Shown here: piece by piece, positions 20,753 through 30,838 of the stretch
How positions within the stretch are numbered: the first letter of the stretch is position 1
Layout: the number at the start of each line of letters is the position of its first letter
Source: Fibrobacteria bacterium
GTDB lineage: Bacteria > Fibrobacterota > Fibrobacteria > UBA11236
NCBI GenBank assembly: GCA_043745805.1
Contig: JAYTSD010000046.1
Location: 63,560-127,559, forward strand
Direction: 5' to 3'
Length of the DNA: 64,000 nt
Made by a program: the position numbers and the translations under genes
Notes under the pieces: model-generated
What the model was told of the DNA's origin: nothing
Databases searched by the model: none
Seen by the model: only the letters and a program-made list of their open reading frames with translations

Positions 20753-21625
20753 TTAGCTTTTCAGATTATCAAGAATGCTTTGAATTTCTGTAATGGATGC
20801 GGTGTACCGTTTACGGCAATATTCACAAAATAGTTCGGTAATTTCCCCTTTATCAACAATATCGATTAAGGCTTCACGATCGAGTCCAGTCAAAGCGATT
20901 TTAACGCCGGATTCGGAACAAGGGCAAAAGGGACTAACAGGAATTTCACGATGGATTTCATAGGCAAAAGGACCAGCTAATTGATCGAGAAAAGTACTGA
21001 GATCAAAGGGTCCATCCGGCGTTTGAAATTGATCAAAGGCTAATAAATCACGCACATGTTGTTCCATAATAATGAGTGCTTTTTCGGTAGCATCTGGGAA
21101 AGCTTCGACTAAAAATCCCACGCAATACTCTAAACCTTTGGAGGTTACTTTGGCATGAATCCCTACAGCGGCGCGTGTTTGTTCGCTTTGGGCTAAATAA
21201 AAAGCGGTACTTGGTCCAATTTTGGCCGTAGGCATTTCTACAATACCTTCATAAATAGGCGAGGCCTTTTCATTGAGTTTTCGCACCGACACGGTTTGGG
21301 GCAATAATACCGGTTCAAATTCACCGAGATTTTGTAATTCATCATGTGAAATACGTGCGCGCACGAGACCTAACGGGGTGGCATCGGAGGTAACCTGTGA
21401 GAGATCCCCGGAAAAACGAAAGGTGACCCTTAAGGTTCCCGCATTTTTTAGTCCAGAGGCTAAAAGTAAAGACGCGACTATGGTTTCCCCTAAAACACTT
21501 TGCGCATATGCTTTGGCGCCATGATAATTACTAATGGTTCTTGCCGTTTCGGTGGCATCTACCACCACAAAACGCAGTGCAGCGATAGTTCCTGTAGCTC
21601 GTATAATGCGATCGTTTGACTTCAT
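20753..21625 (-). CDS. hslO: Hsp33 redox chaperone
   Basis: YLAQSEQ; C-terminal CPCS...CEYC Zn switch. Confidence 0.88.
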   Translation of the reverse strand: MKSNDRIIRATGTIAALRFVVVDATETARTISNYHGAKAYAQSVLGETIVASLLLASGLKNAGTLRVTFRFSGDLSQVTSDATPLGLVRARISHDELQNLGEFEPVLLPQTVSVRKLNEKASPIYEGIVEMPTAKIGPSTAFYLAQSEQTRAAVGIHAKVTSKGLEYCVGFLVEAFPDATEKALIIMEQHVRDLLAFDQFQTPDGPFDLSTFLDQLAGPFAYEIHREIPVSPFCPCSESGVKIALTGLDREALIDIVDKGEITELFCEYCRKRYTASITEIQSILDNLKS

Positions 21626-21725
21626 AGTTTTCGGGCTACAAAGTAGATAATAAGTGACGCTCGAGTTATTTTAATTCCGGTCTGGAAATGATTCATAGCA
21701 AATTAAAATTCAGGGAAGTTTGATC

Positions 21726-22286
21726 ATGGAAAAAAAAGCCTTAATAATGCTTTTCGAGGGATTTGAGGAAATAGAAGTGGTGGTTCCGGTGAATATTTTA
21801 CGACGCGCGGGAATTTCCATCACCTTAGCTTCGCTGCAGACCGCTTTGCAAGTAAAAGGGGGTCGCGGGTTAAATATTGTTGCGGAACGCTTTATGCAAG
21901 ATTTACAACCCGAAGCATTTGACATTTTGATTTTGCCCGGAGGGCCTGGTGTATCTGCTTTAAAAGGGAATGCTCTATTACAAAAATGGATTTTATGTTT
22001 TGCCTTGCCGAATAAAATTTTGGCGGCTATCTGTGCGGCGCCGGTTTTGTTAGCCGAGGCCGGCGTTTTGAAAAATCACAAAAGCACCTCATTTCCTGGT
22101 GTTCAAAAGCAAATGCAAAATCAAGTGGGTGAATATGTGGAGGACAGAGTGGTCTGGGATGAACCCTTTTTAACCGCTCGAGGTGCGGGTGTGGCCGAAG
22201 AATTTGCATTTGCTTTAGTGGAGAAATTATGTGGATTGACTAAAGTGAAAGAAATAAAAGCAAAAATTTTAGCGAGAGAAGTATAA
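21726..22286 (+). CDS. DJ-1/YajL family protein
   Basis: GFEEIE; LPGG; AAICAAP. Confidence 0.92.
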   Translation: MEKKALIMLFEGFEEIEVVVPVNILRRAGISITLASLQTALQVKGGRGLNIVAERFMQDLQPEAFDILILPGGPGVSALKGNALLQKWILCFALPNKILAAICAAPVLLAEAGVLKNHKSTSFPGVQKQMQNQVGEYVEDRVVWDEPFLTARGAGVAEEFAFALVEKLCGLTKVKEIKAKILAREV

Positions 22287-22308
22287 ATTCGAATATGATT
22301 TTCATAAA

Positions 22309-23037
22309 ATGCTAACGGCTTTTTATCCTTGGATTGGGGCTTTTCTTATTGGTTTATCTAAAGCTGGTTTTGCAACGGGCTTAGGTCTTTTAACCACTCC
22401 TTTGTTAGCGAGCGCCATTCCTGCTAAACAAGCTATTGGGGTCATTTTGCCCTTGCTTTGCATTTCCGATTTTTTAACGCTTACCTTGAATTGGAAAAAA
22501 TGGCGTTGGTCTTTAATTCGTTCGCCATTATTAGGTGCTTTTGTAGGAATTGCCTGCGGTATGTTTTTTATTCATGCCATATCTGATATTTGGCTAAAAC
22601 GATCAATAGGACTTTTAAGTTTGATATTAGTGTCCTTACTTTTTGTGCGTAATCGCTGGTATCCCACGCGTATTTATACACCAACCCTTTGGGAAGCCTT
22701 GGCTGTGGGGGTGTTTGCGGGATTTGCCTCTACGGTGGCTCATGCAGCCGGACCGATTATGGCGCTTTATTTATTGGCACAAAAGGTGGATAAAAAAGTA
22801 TTTGTCGCTTCAAACGCGATATTTTTCACAATTAATAATTTGATGAAAGTCCCTCCCTATGTATTTACCCATTTGATCACGGGTTCCACCTTAAAAGCAG
22901 ATTTGTGGTATCTTCCAGCTATTCCCTTGGGGGTTTTAGTTGGTTACTTCCTCAATAGGATGCTACCGCAAAAAGTTTTTTATGGAGTCGTGTATGTTCT
23001 TTTACTGCTATCGGCCTTCCAATTATTGAGGGCTTAA
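22309..23037 (+). CDS. TauE/SafE family sulfite exporter-like membrane protein
   Basis: GLSKAGF; LPLL..SD; HAAGP; multi-TM. Confidence 0.85.
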   Translation: MLTAFYPWIGAFLIGLSKAGFATGLGLLTTPLLASAIPAKQAIGVILPLLCISDFLTLTLNWKKWRWSLIRSPLLGAFVGIACGMFFIHAISDIWLKRSIGLLSLILVSLLFVRNRWYPTRIYTPTLWEALAVGVFAGFASTVAHAAGPIMALYLLAQKVDKKVFVASNAIFFTINNLMKVPPYVFTHLITGSTLKADLWYLPAIPLGVLVGYFLNRMLPQKVFYGVVYVLLLLSAFQLLRA

Positions 23038-23082
23038 ATTTCTAATTGGCATTGTTGTCATTTATAGATAAAATAGGAGGGA

Positions 23083-25065
23083 ATGGAAAAAAATGGAATT
23101 TCACCGAATCTTCGCCTAAACTCAGCCTCTCCGGTTTCTGCGTCGAATCATCATCATTTGGTGGTGGAAAATAGTCCCATTCCGATTTGGAATATTTCCT
23201 TAAAAGGCGAAACACTTTATATAAATCCTGCGATGTGCAAAGTTCTTGAGATAAGTTCCGTGGAAGAAATTAAGGACTTTTCATTCCATGAATTTTTTAC
23301 AGAAGCCACTGTTACTAAGATGATGACGGAGCTTGCTGCTCGACATGCCGGCAGAGACTCTTCCTATGAAGTGGAAGTCATTAGCAAAAATGGTAAACAT
23401 TTACATATGATTTTGCATGGTAATCCCTTGCTCGATTTAAAGGGCGAGTTAAATAGCCTGCTTTTAACTTTCATTGATATTACCGAACGTAAAAGAGAAG
23501 ACCTTGCTCTTCGTCAATCGGAAGAGCGCTTTAGATTAGCGGCTTTATGTACTAGCGATTTGATTTATGAATGGGATAGCTCCGACACTTTAATGTGGTT
23601 CGGGGATGTCGATGGTAGCTTGGGTTATGCACCGGGAGAAATTGCGCGAACCTTGCAAGGCTGGGAAATGCTAGTGCATCCGGATGATTTATTAGCGGTT
23701 TTAAAAGCGGTGGAAAAACATCAAATCACTCGCGAACCCTTTTTTGAAGAATATCGAGTTAAAGATAAAAAAGGAAATTATCGCATCTGGAAAGATAGAG
23801 GCACTGCGGTTTGGGATGATGCAGGAAAGCCCATTCGCTGGGTTGGGGCGGTGCGTGACATTACCGATTTAAAAAATGCGGAAACCGCATTATGGGAAAA
23901 AGAAGAGTTGCTAAGGCAGTCGCAAAAAATGGAAGCCGTAGGCCGTTTAGCTGGTGGTATTGCTCATGATTTTAATAATTTGCTGGCTGCAACGATGGGT
24001 TATTGTGATTTGATAAGCTATCAATTAGAAAGTAATCATCCCAGTCGTGATCATGTTAACAATATTATTTTAGGGTGTGATCGCGCGGCCGGATTGATTC
24101 GTCAGCTATTGGCGTTTAGTCGCCAAGAAATATTACAACCTAAAATCATTGAATTAAATCCTTTGCTATTAGAGATGGAAAAATTATTCCGTCCTTTATT
24201 GGGAGCATTAATTCATTTAACCTTTGATTTAAGAGAAGAAACCGGCTTGATAAAAATTGATCCGGTACAAATGGATCAAGTCATTATGAATTTAGTGGTG
24301 AATGCCCGTGATGCCATGCCTCAAGGAGGTAACATTAACATTACCTCGGGATGCATAAAAGTCAAACATGAATTGTTGGTGGGGAATAAACTGTTATTAA
24401 GCGGAGAATATGCGCTTTTATCCGTGCAAGATACAGGATCGGGAATTTCTCCCGATACCATTTCCAAAATTTTTGATCCTTTCTTTTCCACCAAGGACAA
24501 AAGTCGTGGGACTGGCCTAGGGCTTTCTACGGTTTATGGAATTGTGGAGCAAAATAATGGGGCTATTAGTGTGGAAAGTAAAATAGGGAAAGGGACTACC
24601 TTCCGTCTCTATTTTCCTAAAACCCAAGCCTTGCTTCATCATGTTGCTGTTGACAATGCTTCTAATACACCATTAGTGGAAAGGCTACCCGTATCTATTT
24701 TGGTAGTAGAAGACGATGATGTTTTGCGTGGATTGATAGTACAGATTTTAAGTTTCAAAGGTTTTTTAGTGCGCGATGTGGCCTTAGGAAAAGAGGCGCT
24801 GTCGCTATTAGAAACATATTCCCAAGAGACCGAGATATTGTTAACCGATATGATACTCCCGGGTATGGGTGGAAAAGAATTAGCGCAAAATGTGCATAAG
24901 CTTTACCCGCAAATTAAAATTCTTTTTATGTCGGGGTATACCGAGGATGCTGTATTTCGCGATGAAGTGAGTGATGGACGCCGCTCCTTTTTGCATAAGC
25001 CCTTTAGTATGAAGTCGCTGGTGGAAAAAATAAAAGAGCTTACCGCAAAGCCGGTTAAAGTCTAG
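23083..25065 (+). CDS. PAS-PAS hybrid sensor histidine kinase (CckA-like)
   Basis: Two PAS domains; H-box GGIAHDFNNLL; HATPase; C-terminal REC (LTDMILP, FMSGY). Confidence 0.93.
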   Translation: MEKNGISPNLRLNSASPVSASNHHHLVVENSPIPIWNISLKGETLYINPAMCKVLEISSVEEIKDFSFHEFFTEATVTKMMTELAARHAGRDSSYEVEVISKNGKHLHMILHGNPLLDLKGELNSLLLTFIDITERKREDLALRQSEERFRLAALCTSDLIYEWDSSDTLMWFGDVDGSLGYAPGEIARTLQGWEMLVHPDDLLAVLKAVEKHQITREPFFEEYRVKDKKGNYRIWKDRGTAVWDDAGKPIRWVGAVRDITDLKNAETALWEKEELLRQSQKMEAVGRLAGGIAHDFNNLLAATMGYCDLISYQLESNHPSRDHVNNIILGCDRAAGLIRQLLAFSRQEILQPKIIELNPLLLEMEKLFRPLLGALIHLTFDLREETGLIKIDPVQMDQVIMNLVVNARDAMPQGGNINITSGCIKVKHELLVGNKLLLSGEYALLSVQDTGSGISPDTISKIFDPFFSTKDKSRGTGLGLSTVYGIVEQNNGAISVESKIGKGTTFRLYFPKTQALLHHVAVDNASNTPLVERLPVSILVVEDDDVLRGLIVQILSFKGFLVRDVALGKEALSLLETYSQETEILLTDMILPGMGGKELAQNVHKLYPQIKILFMSGYTEDAVFRDEVSDGRRSFLHKPFSMKSLVEKIKELTAKPVKV

Positions 25066-25114
25066 TCGCTTAAGAATTTAAATTAGAGATTTAAATTAAA
25101 AGTTGTGATTTGCT

Positions 25115-25918
25115 TTATGTGGCGCAGGCAGGTTTATCGTAATCAATTAATTGCTTTATAGTGGGCGAATCGCCACAGACCGCACAAAGAGGATCACGTG
25201 AGCCTCTATTTTCCCGAAAACGCATGTCTAAAGCATCGTAGATTAAAAGCCTATCGGTTAATAATTCCCCAATGCCTAAGAGAAACTTCAAGGCTTCGGT
25301 AGCTTGTATGGATCCTATGGTTCCCGCAATTGCACCGAGTACACCAGCCTCAGCGCAATTCATGACTGCACCGGCAGGAGGAGGTTCACGAAATAAACAG
25401 CGATAGCAACGACTTTTTCTTGGCATCACTGTCATTACTTGCCCTTCAAAGCGTAATATGCCGGCATGGCAAAAAGGCTTATGTGCCATAATACAGGCAT
25501 CATTCACTAAAAATTTAGTAGCAAAATTATCACTGCCATCTATAATGAAATCATAATCTTTAATCACTGATAAAATATTTTCAGCATTTAAAAAAAATGC
25601 ATGCCTGTTCACTTGTATATGGGGATTGATTTGCCCAATTTTTTCTTGGGCCGAATCAATTTTGGATCGCCCTATATCCGGTGTAAAATGCAAAATCTGT
25701 CTTTGTAAATTACTGGCATCGACCACATCGCCTTCGGCAATTCCTAAAGTGCCTACGCCCGCCGCCGCCAAATACAAAAGGGCTGGAGAGCCTAGTCCAC
25801 CGGCACCCACACATAGTACCTTGCCGGCTTTAAGTTTACGTTGACCGGCAAAGTCAACGCTTTTTAAACTGAAATGACGCGCATAGCGTTGCATTTCGGC
25901 TTCGGAAAATATGGCCAT
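25115..25918 (-). CDS. MoeB/ThiF/HesA adenylyltransferase
   Basis: RYARH; GAGGLG; SNLQRQ; CYRC and C..C Zn sites; coupled to cysK (TAATG). Confidence 0.92.
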   Translation of the reverse strand: MAIFSEAEMQRYARHFSLKSVDFAGQRKLKAGKVLCVGAGGLGSPALLYLAAAGVGTLGIAEGDVVDASNLQRQILHFTPDIGRSKIDSAQEKIGQINPHIQVNRHAFFLNAENILSVIKDYDFIIDGSDNFATKFLVNDACIMAHKPFCHAGILRFEGQVMTVMPRKSRCYRCLFREPPPAGAVMNCAEAGVLGAIAGTIGSIQATEALKFLLGIGELLTDRLLIYDALDMRFRENRGSRDPLCAVCGDSPTIKQLIDYDKPACAT

Positions 25919-26844
25919 TAATGTCCCTGATATAAAGGCGTGCTGAGATAACGTTCGCCGGTGTCGCAAAGTATAGCGACCAAGGTTTTGCCATTAAATT
26001 CAGGACGTTTTCCAACTTCACACAATGCATGAATATTAGCACCCGAAGAAATACCGGCTAATATGCCTTCCTCATGCGCTAAGCGGCGAGCCATGAAGGC
26101 GGCTTCTTCATTGGTGACTTTGATCACTTCATCATAAATTTTGGTGTTTAAAACTTTCGGTACAAAGCCTGCGCCAATACCTTGTATTTCATGACGACCT
26201 GGTTTGCCGCCCGATAATACGGGCGAAGCGGCGGGTTCAATGGCAAAAATTTTCACACTAGGTTTTTTGGCTTTTAAAACTTCGCCCACGCCGGTTATGG
26301 TACCGCCTGTGCCTACACCCGCAATAAACGCATCTACCGTGCCATCGGTGTCTTCCCAAATTTCCTGTGCCGTAGTAAGCCGATGAATTTCGGGATTAGC
26401 GGGATTGTCAAATTGTTGCGGCATAAAGCAATCGGAACGAGAGCTGACTATTTCAATGGCCTTTTCGATGGCTCCTGTCATACCTAGGGTTGCAGGGGTT
26501 AACATCAATTCGGAGCCATAGGCTTTTAATAAATTTCGGCGCTCTTCACTCATGGATTCGGGCATTACTAAAATAGTTTTATACCCTTTTACCGAAGCAA
26601 TCCAAGATAAAGCAATACCCGTATTACCACTAGTGGGTTCAATAATAGTCATACCCGGCTTGAGTTTGCCGCTTCGTTCCGCATCTTCCAACATATTCAA
26701 AGCAATACGATCTTTGATGGATCCGCCGGGATTCCAATGTTCCAGTTTAACTAAGAACAATGAATTTTGATGCGGCACTACCTTGGTTAAACGAAGCATA
26801 GGGGTTTTGCCGATTAATTCGGTTAAATGTCGATGGTATTTCAT
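25918..26844 (-). CDS. cysK: Cysteine synthase A
   Basis: [31 protein letters not shown]. Confidence 0.96.
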   Translation of the reverse strand: MKYHRHLTELIGKTPMLRLTKVVPHQNSLFLVKLEHWNPGGSIKDRIALNMLEDAERSGKLKPGMTIIEPTSGNTGIALSWIASVKGYKTILVMPESMSEERRNLLKAYGSELMLTPATLGMTGAIEKAIEIVSSRSDCFMPQQFDNPANPEIHRLTTAQEIWEDTDGTVDAFIAGVGTGGTITGVGEVLKAKKPSVKIFAIEPAASPVLSGGKPGRHEIQGIGAGFVPKVLNTKIYDEVIKVTNEEAAFMARRLAHEEGILAGISSGANIHALCEVGKRPEFNGKTLVAILCDTGERYLSTPLYQGH

Positions 26845-26861
26845 CCGCAATCCTCTTTCTT

Positions 26862-27602
26862 TTATAAACTAAAATCCGTGTGTAATCCACATTCTGTTTT
26901 ATTTTGCCCTGCCCAGCGTCCGGAACGCGAATCTCCTTCTATGGGGAGACTCGTGCAGGTTACGGGGCTACAACCAATGCTGGTATAGCCATCCTTGGCT
27001 AAAGGATGCTCTGGGATTTCCCAGAGACGCATATAGAGATCCACATCTTGTGCCGGCATATCCGCAAAGGGGCATATTTTAACCTTACCTTTTTGGAGTT
27101 GAGCAAAAGGGGTTAACTTGCGTGTTTCGGCTTGATCGCGTCGTAATCCCGTGATAAACGCGGTCACATCACTGCGACCTAAAAAACTGGCTTGCACGGC
27201 GACTTTATTTATAGCGCAACAGGCATTAGTGTCACTGATTTTAATCACATTGGCTACTTGCAAAGCATACCGATGATTGTCCGGCGCTTCGGGAAGCATT
27301 TCTTTTAAGTCTAATTTATAGCCTGAGACTAGAGTATCACGGTATTCCAAGGTTTCAGGAAAATGAAAGGTGGTATTGATGAAAAAAACGCGCACTGGAA
27401 TTTTGAGGCGATATAAATGATGTAATAATAAACCCGAGTCGCGGCCAAAAGATGTGGTGGCAATTAAACCCGATGCAAAAATGGAAAATATTTTTTGCAG
27501 GCGTTCATCGACGGAAAGTGTGGCTAACTCTTGATTGAGAGCATGTACAAACTCTTCATCATAAACTGGAGTGGAGTTTGACTTGTCGGTTACCTTTTCC
27601 AT
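26862..27602 (-). CDS. cysH: APS/PAPS reductase
   Basis: TSFG; CC..NK; GLRR; SIGC..TC; RSGRW...KTECGLH. Confidence 0.92.
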   Translation of the reverse strand: MEKVTDKSNSTPVYDEEFVHALNQELATLSVDERLQKIFSIFASGLIATTSFGRDSGLLLHHLYRLKIPVRVFFINTTFHFPETLEYRDTLVSGYKLDLKEMLPEAPDNHRYALQVANVIKISDTNACCAINKVAVQASFLGRSDVTAFITGLRRDQAETRKLTPFAQLQKGKVKICPFADMPAQDVDLYMRLWEIPEHPLAKDGYTSIGCSPVTCTSLPIEGDSRSGRWAGQNKTECGLHTDFSL

Positions 27603-27641
27603 TTCGTTTTTTATCCCTTTAAAGCTATTGGGCTACAAAGC

Positions 27642-28082
27642 CTATAAATAATACATCAAAGCCGATTCTGTTTTGTTTTTTGCTTTTTCGGCGAGATCTG
27701 CTAAAGTTACCGAGGTCAATACATTTTCTACTAATTCTCGACATTCTTGCATCTTATGCGCAATTAAAGCATTAATCACATTTTGTCCGCCTTCAATATC
27801 CGAACAGGGAATAAATTGGCCTTCCGTGGATTTTAAAATACGCGCAAGATTTATGTTTTCGGGAATATCGGCTAATTGATACCCTCCACTTTTTCCACGC
27901 GCCCCATTCACTAATCCCACACTTTTCATGAGGATGGCAATTTGTTCGAGGAACTTAAAAGGAATGGCATATTCCTCAGCAATTTCTCGCAAATGCACCG
28001 CCTTATTAGGATTTTGTTTACCCTTAATGGCCAAGGCGCAAAGGAATTGCAAGGCATACATGGTTTTGGAGGAGACCTTCAT
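27642..28082 (-). CDS. Rrf2 family transcriptional regulator (CymR-like)
   Basis: FLEQI...LK..GLV...RGKSGGYQLA; leads the cys operon. Confidence 0.92.
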   Translation of the reverse strand: MKVSSKTMYALQFLCALAIKGKQNPNKAVHLREIAEEYAIPFKFLEQIAILMKSVGLVNGARGKSGGYQLADIPENINLARILKSTEGQFIPCSDIEGGQNVINALIAHKMQECRELVENVLTSVTLADLAEKAKNKTESALMYYL

Positions 28083-28175
28083 GCCTCTAATTTAACATAT
28101 AAAACATATATGAACAATATGGGCGATATAAATGGCGTTTTTATTAAAATTAGGCCTATTTGTTTGAAAAGGAGA

Positions 28176-29123
28176 TTAGCCGCCGATTTGATTCATGGGT
28201 TGGTCAATATGATGAATGCGTCCGCTGGGTTTTAAGGCCATCACACGATGCAAGGTTTCGAGATAATCCAAGGGATCGAGGTTACGTAAATTCAACCCCT
28301 CTTCGGAAAATAAACAAGCGCGTAACTTGCCAGTTGCGGTTAAGCGCAAGCGCGAACAGCCGCCACAAAATGGTTGGCTTTCTGAGGCAATAAAACCTAT
28401 TCGAGCACCATTTAAATTGGTGAAATTAAAAGAGGTGGAATCGCGAGGCATGGGAATCGCAATGAGTTCATGCAAATTTTCAATGCTATCGATCATTTCC
28501 TGCGCGGAGATAAAACGTTCGGGATGATTTTCATAGGCGGGGCCAATTTTCATAAGTTCCAAAAAGCGAACTTCAAGATCATTTTCTGCGGAAAATTTTA
28601 CGAAGTCCAAAATCTCATCGTCATTGATTCCACGAAAAATCACGGCATTCACTTTGACCTCAAAGCCCATATTTTTGGCCGCGAATATACTCTCGATCAC
28701 CTCGTTAAAATGTTGGCGGCGCGTGAACCTGTTAAACTTATTAGCTTGTAGGCTATCCATGCTAATATTGAGGTTTTGACAACCCAATTCTTTGAGTAAT
28801 GGCAAATGTTTTTGCAGTAAAAATCCATTGGTGGTGAGGCCAAATTTTTTCCAAGGAATGCGAGATAGCTTTTGTATGATCTCGGGAAAGTCAGTTCGCA
28901 AAGTAGGCTCACCGCCAGTAACACGCAATTCATCAATACCCAATTGATTTAAAATACTGCAAATACTAAAAAATTCGGATGAACTTAATAAAGTATTGGC
29001 GGGTTGAAAATTCATATTTTCCGGCATACAATAAAAGCAACGGAAATTACACGCATCTGTAAGCTGTACGCGCACCTTATGAATATGCCGACCTTGATCA
29101 TCATGTAATTGCAGCGCTTCCAT
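28176..29123 (-). CDS. moaA: GTP 3',8-cyclase
   Basis: CNFRCFYC; TGGEP; FCGGCSRLR...ACL; C-terminal IGG. Confidence 0.94.
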   Translation of the reverse strand: MEALQLHDDQGRHIHKVRVQLTDACNFRCFYCMPENMNFQPANTLLSSSEFFSICSILNQLGIDELRVTGGEPTLRTDFPEIIQKLSRIPWKKFGLTTNGFLLQKHLPLLKELGCQNLNISMDSLQANKFNRFTRRQHFNEVIESIFAAKNMGFEVKVNAVIFRGINDDEILDFVKFSAENDLEVRFLELMKIGPAYENHPERFISAQEMIDSIENLHELIAIPMPRDSTSFNFTNLNGARIGFIASESQPFCGGCSRLRLTATGKLRACLFSEEGLNLRNLDPLDYLETLHRVMALKPSGRIHHIDQPMNQIGG

Positions 29124-30352
29124 TAATTTTTTACCCATGCAAAAAAGGGAGCTACATAACCTTTAGGAAAATAACCCTCATGAGCAAATTCTGAATTTAA
29201 TTCTATAACACCTTGGCTATGTGTAAGTGCGGCAAAGTCTCCTGAGCCATGATGCTTAATGGGTTGCGCATAACAACTTCCGTCTCGACTATATTCTAAG
29301 GCCACTGGGCAAAATATAGTGAGTGGCGAGGCTTTGACATTTTCTTTTAATACGGTATAAATCTGGGGTTTCTTTTCCCCCAAAATACCCTGTAATAAGG
29401 GCTGTACATAACGGGTTAAACAAGTCAGAGCCGACATGGGATTACCTGGCAAGCCAAATACAAATTGGCCTTGTGGACCCTTTCCAAACCAAAGTGGTTT
29501 TCCAGGTTTTTGTTTTACCTTATGAAAAATCTCAGTAACTTCTAATTGACGTAATACGTGAGGTACATAATCAAAGCGACCCGCGGAGACTCCGCCGCTT
29601 AAAATCAGTAAATCATTTTCAGCGAGGAGTTTTTTTAAGCCATGCAAAAGGATTTGTTCATTGTCATTAAAATGATGCCGAGAAATGTGTTCGCAACCCC
29701 AAAGTTTAAGCGCTGCTTCAATGGCATACACATTGGACAAACGAATTTGATACGGTAAGGGTTGTTCGTGGATTTCCACTAATTCATCACCTGTGGCAAT
29801 AATCGCAATGCGTGGCAAAGCAGAAACTTGTAAATGAGTTTTTCCCATGGAGGCCGCAATGGCTATTTCCGCAGGGCCTAAGTGAGTATTTTCCGCTAAA
29901 ACGATTTGCCCTTGCTGAATATCCAAGCCTTGTAAATGAACGTTTTGATTCTTTGTGACAGGAATATTCTCTTCGCGCAAAATACAAAAGCCATTTTCGA
30001 AGGTAACCTCTTCGATACGTACCACCGTGTCACAACCTTGCGGCAAAGTGGTTCCTGTCATAACTTCAATACAGGAGTCTTTATGGTCTAAGGCCAATGG
30101 GGCTTGGCCGGCTTTTTGAATATCTTGATGATGGAATTTACGTTGCCCCTTTTTCCAAGCCGCAAAATCAATAGCAATGCCGTCCATGGCAACGCGGTGA
30201 AAAGGAGGTTGGTCACGATCGGCAAATACTGTTTCCCGCAAAATTTTTCCGGCGGCTTTAGGGAGCGAGCAAGAAATGCCTGCTGAAAGTCGCACTGATT
30301 CGGCAATTAATTTTTCGGCTTCTATTACTGTAACCATAAAACCATTGAGCAT
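29123..30352 (-). CDS. moeA: Molybdopterin molybdotransferase
   Basis: AMDG; TGDEL; SGGVSAG..D; KPGKP; GLPGNP. Confidence 0.94.
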   Translation of the reverse strand: MLNGFMVTVIEAEKLIAESVRLSAGISCSLPKAAGKILRETVFADRDQPPFHRVAMDGIAIDFAAWKKGQRKFHHQDIQKAGQAPLALDHKDSCIEVMTGTTLPQGCDTVVRIEEVTFENGFCILREENIPVTKNQNVHLQGLDIQQGQIVLAENTHLGPAEIAIAASMGKTHLQVSALPRIAIIATGDELVEIHEQPLPYQIRLSNVYAIEAALKLWGCEHISRHHFNDNEQILLHGLKKLLAENDLLILSGGVSAGRFDYVPHVLRQLEVTEIFHKVKQKPGKPLWFGKGPQGQFVFGLPGNPMSALTCLTRYVQPLLQGILGEKKPQIYTVLKENVKASPLTIFCPVALEYSRDGSCYAQPIKHHGSGDFAALTHSQGVIELNSEFAHEGYFPKGYVAPFFAWVKN

Positions 30353-30365
30353 ATTATTGACTCGC

Positions 30366-30731
30366 CTAGTCCTTTTTGCTTTTCTTAATCTTTTCAAGAA
30401 ATTCGTCTTGAATCCATGAAAAAGCCGCCACTGCGGCAGGCATTCCAATGGTTCCGGTGGCGAGGGCAACCACTTGTTCCAAATCTTTTTTGGCAATCCC
30501 TAAATCGCGGGCTTTACGCACGCTGGCATGGGAAGCACCGCTTTGGCCGGCTCCAATGGCAATTCCAAATTTAATCAGGCGTTGAGTTTTGTCATCGAGC
30601 GATCCCTCTTGACCCTCTTCCGCAATGGCTTTCCAAGCTTGACCGAGTTTGGGGAAGCGGGAAATGAAATCCTGATGCACTTGGGGTGGTTTGGATTTCT
30701 TAAGGGAATTTTTAGGTGTTTTTTTACTCAT
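30366..30731 (-). CDS. Carboxymuconolactone decarboxylase family protein
   Basis: G.LD.KTQRLIK..IA; SH..VRKA; TIG.P. Confidence 0.85.
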   Translation of the reverse strand: MSKKTPKNSLKKSKPPQVHQDFISRFPKLGQAWKAIAEEGQEGSLDDKTQRLIKFGIAIGAGQSGASHASVRKARDLGIAKKDLEQVVALATGTIGMPAAVAAFSWIQDEFLEKIKKSKKD

Positions 30732-30838
30732 AAGTTCTCCGAGGAAAAATCTCTTTAATCAAATTAGCCAAATGCGAAAGAAGTGAGGGAGAAGCGGGCA
30801 GGGTTTTTTACTTTTAAGCCTTGTTGAAGGAAAAAACT

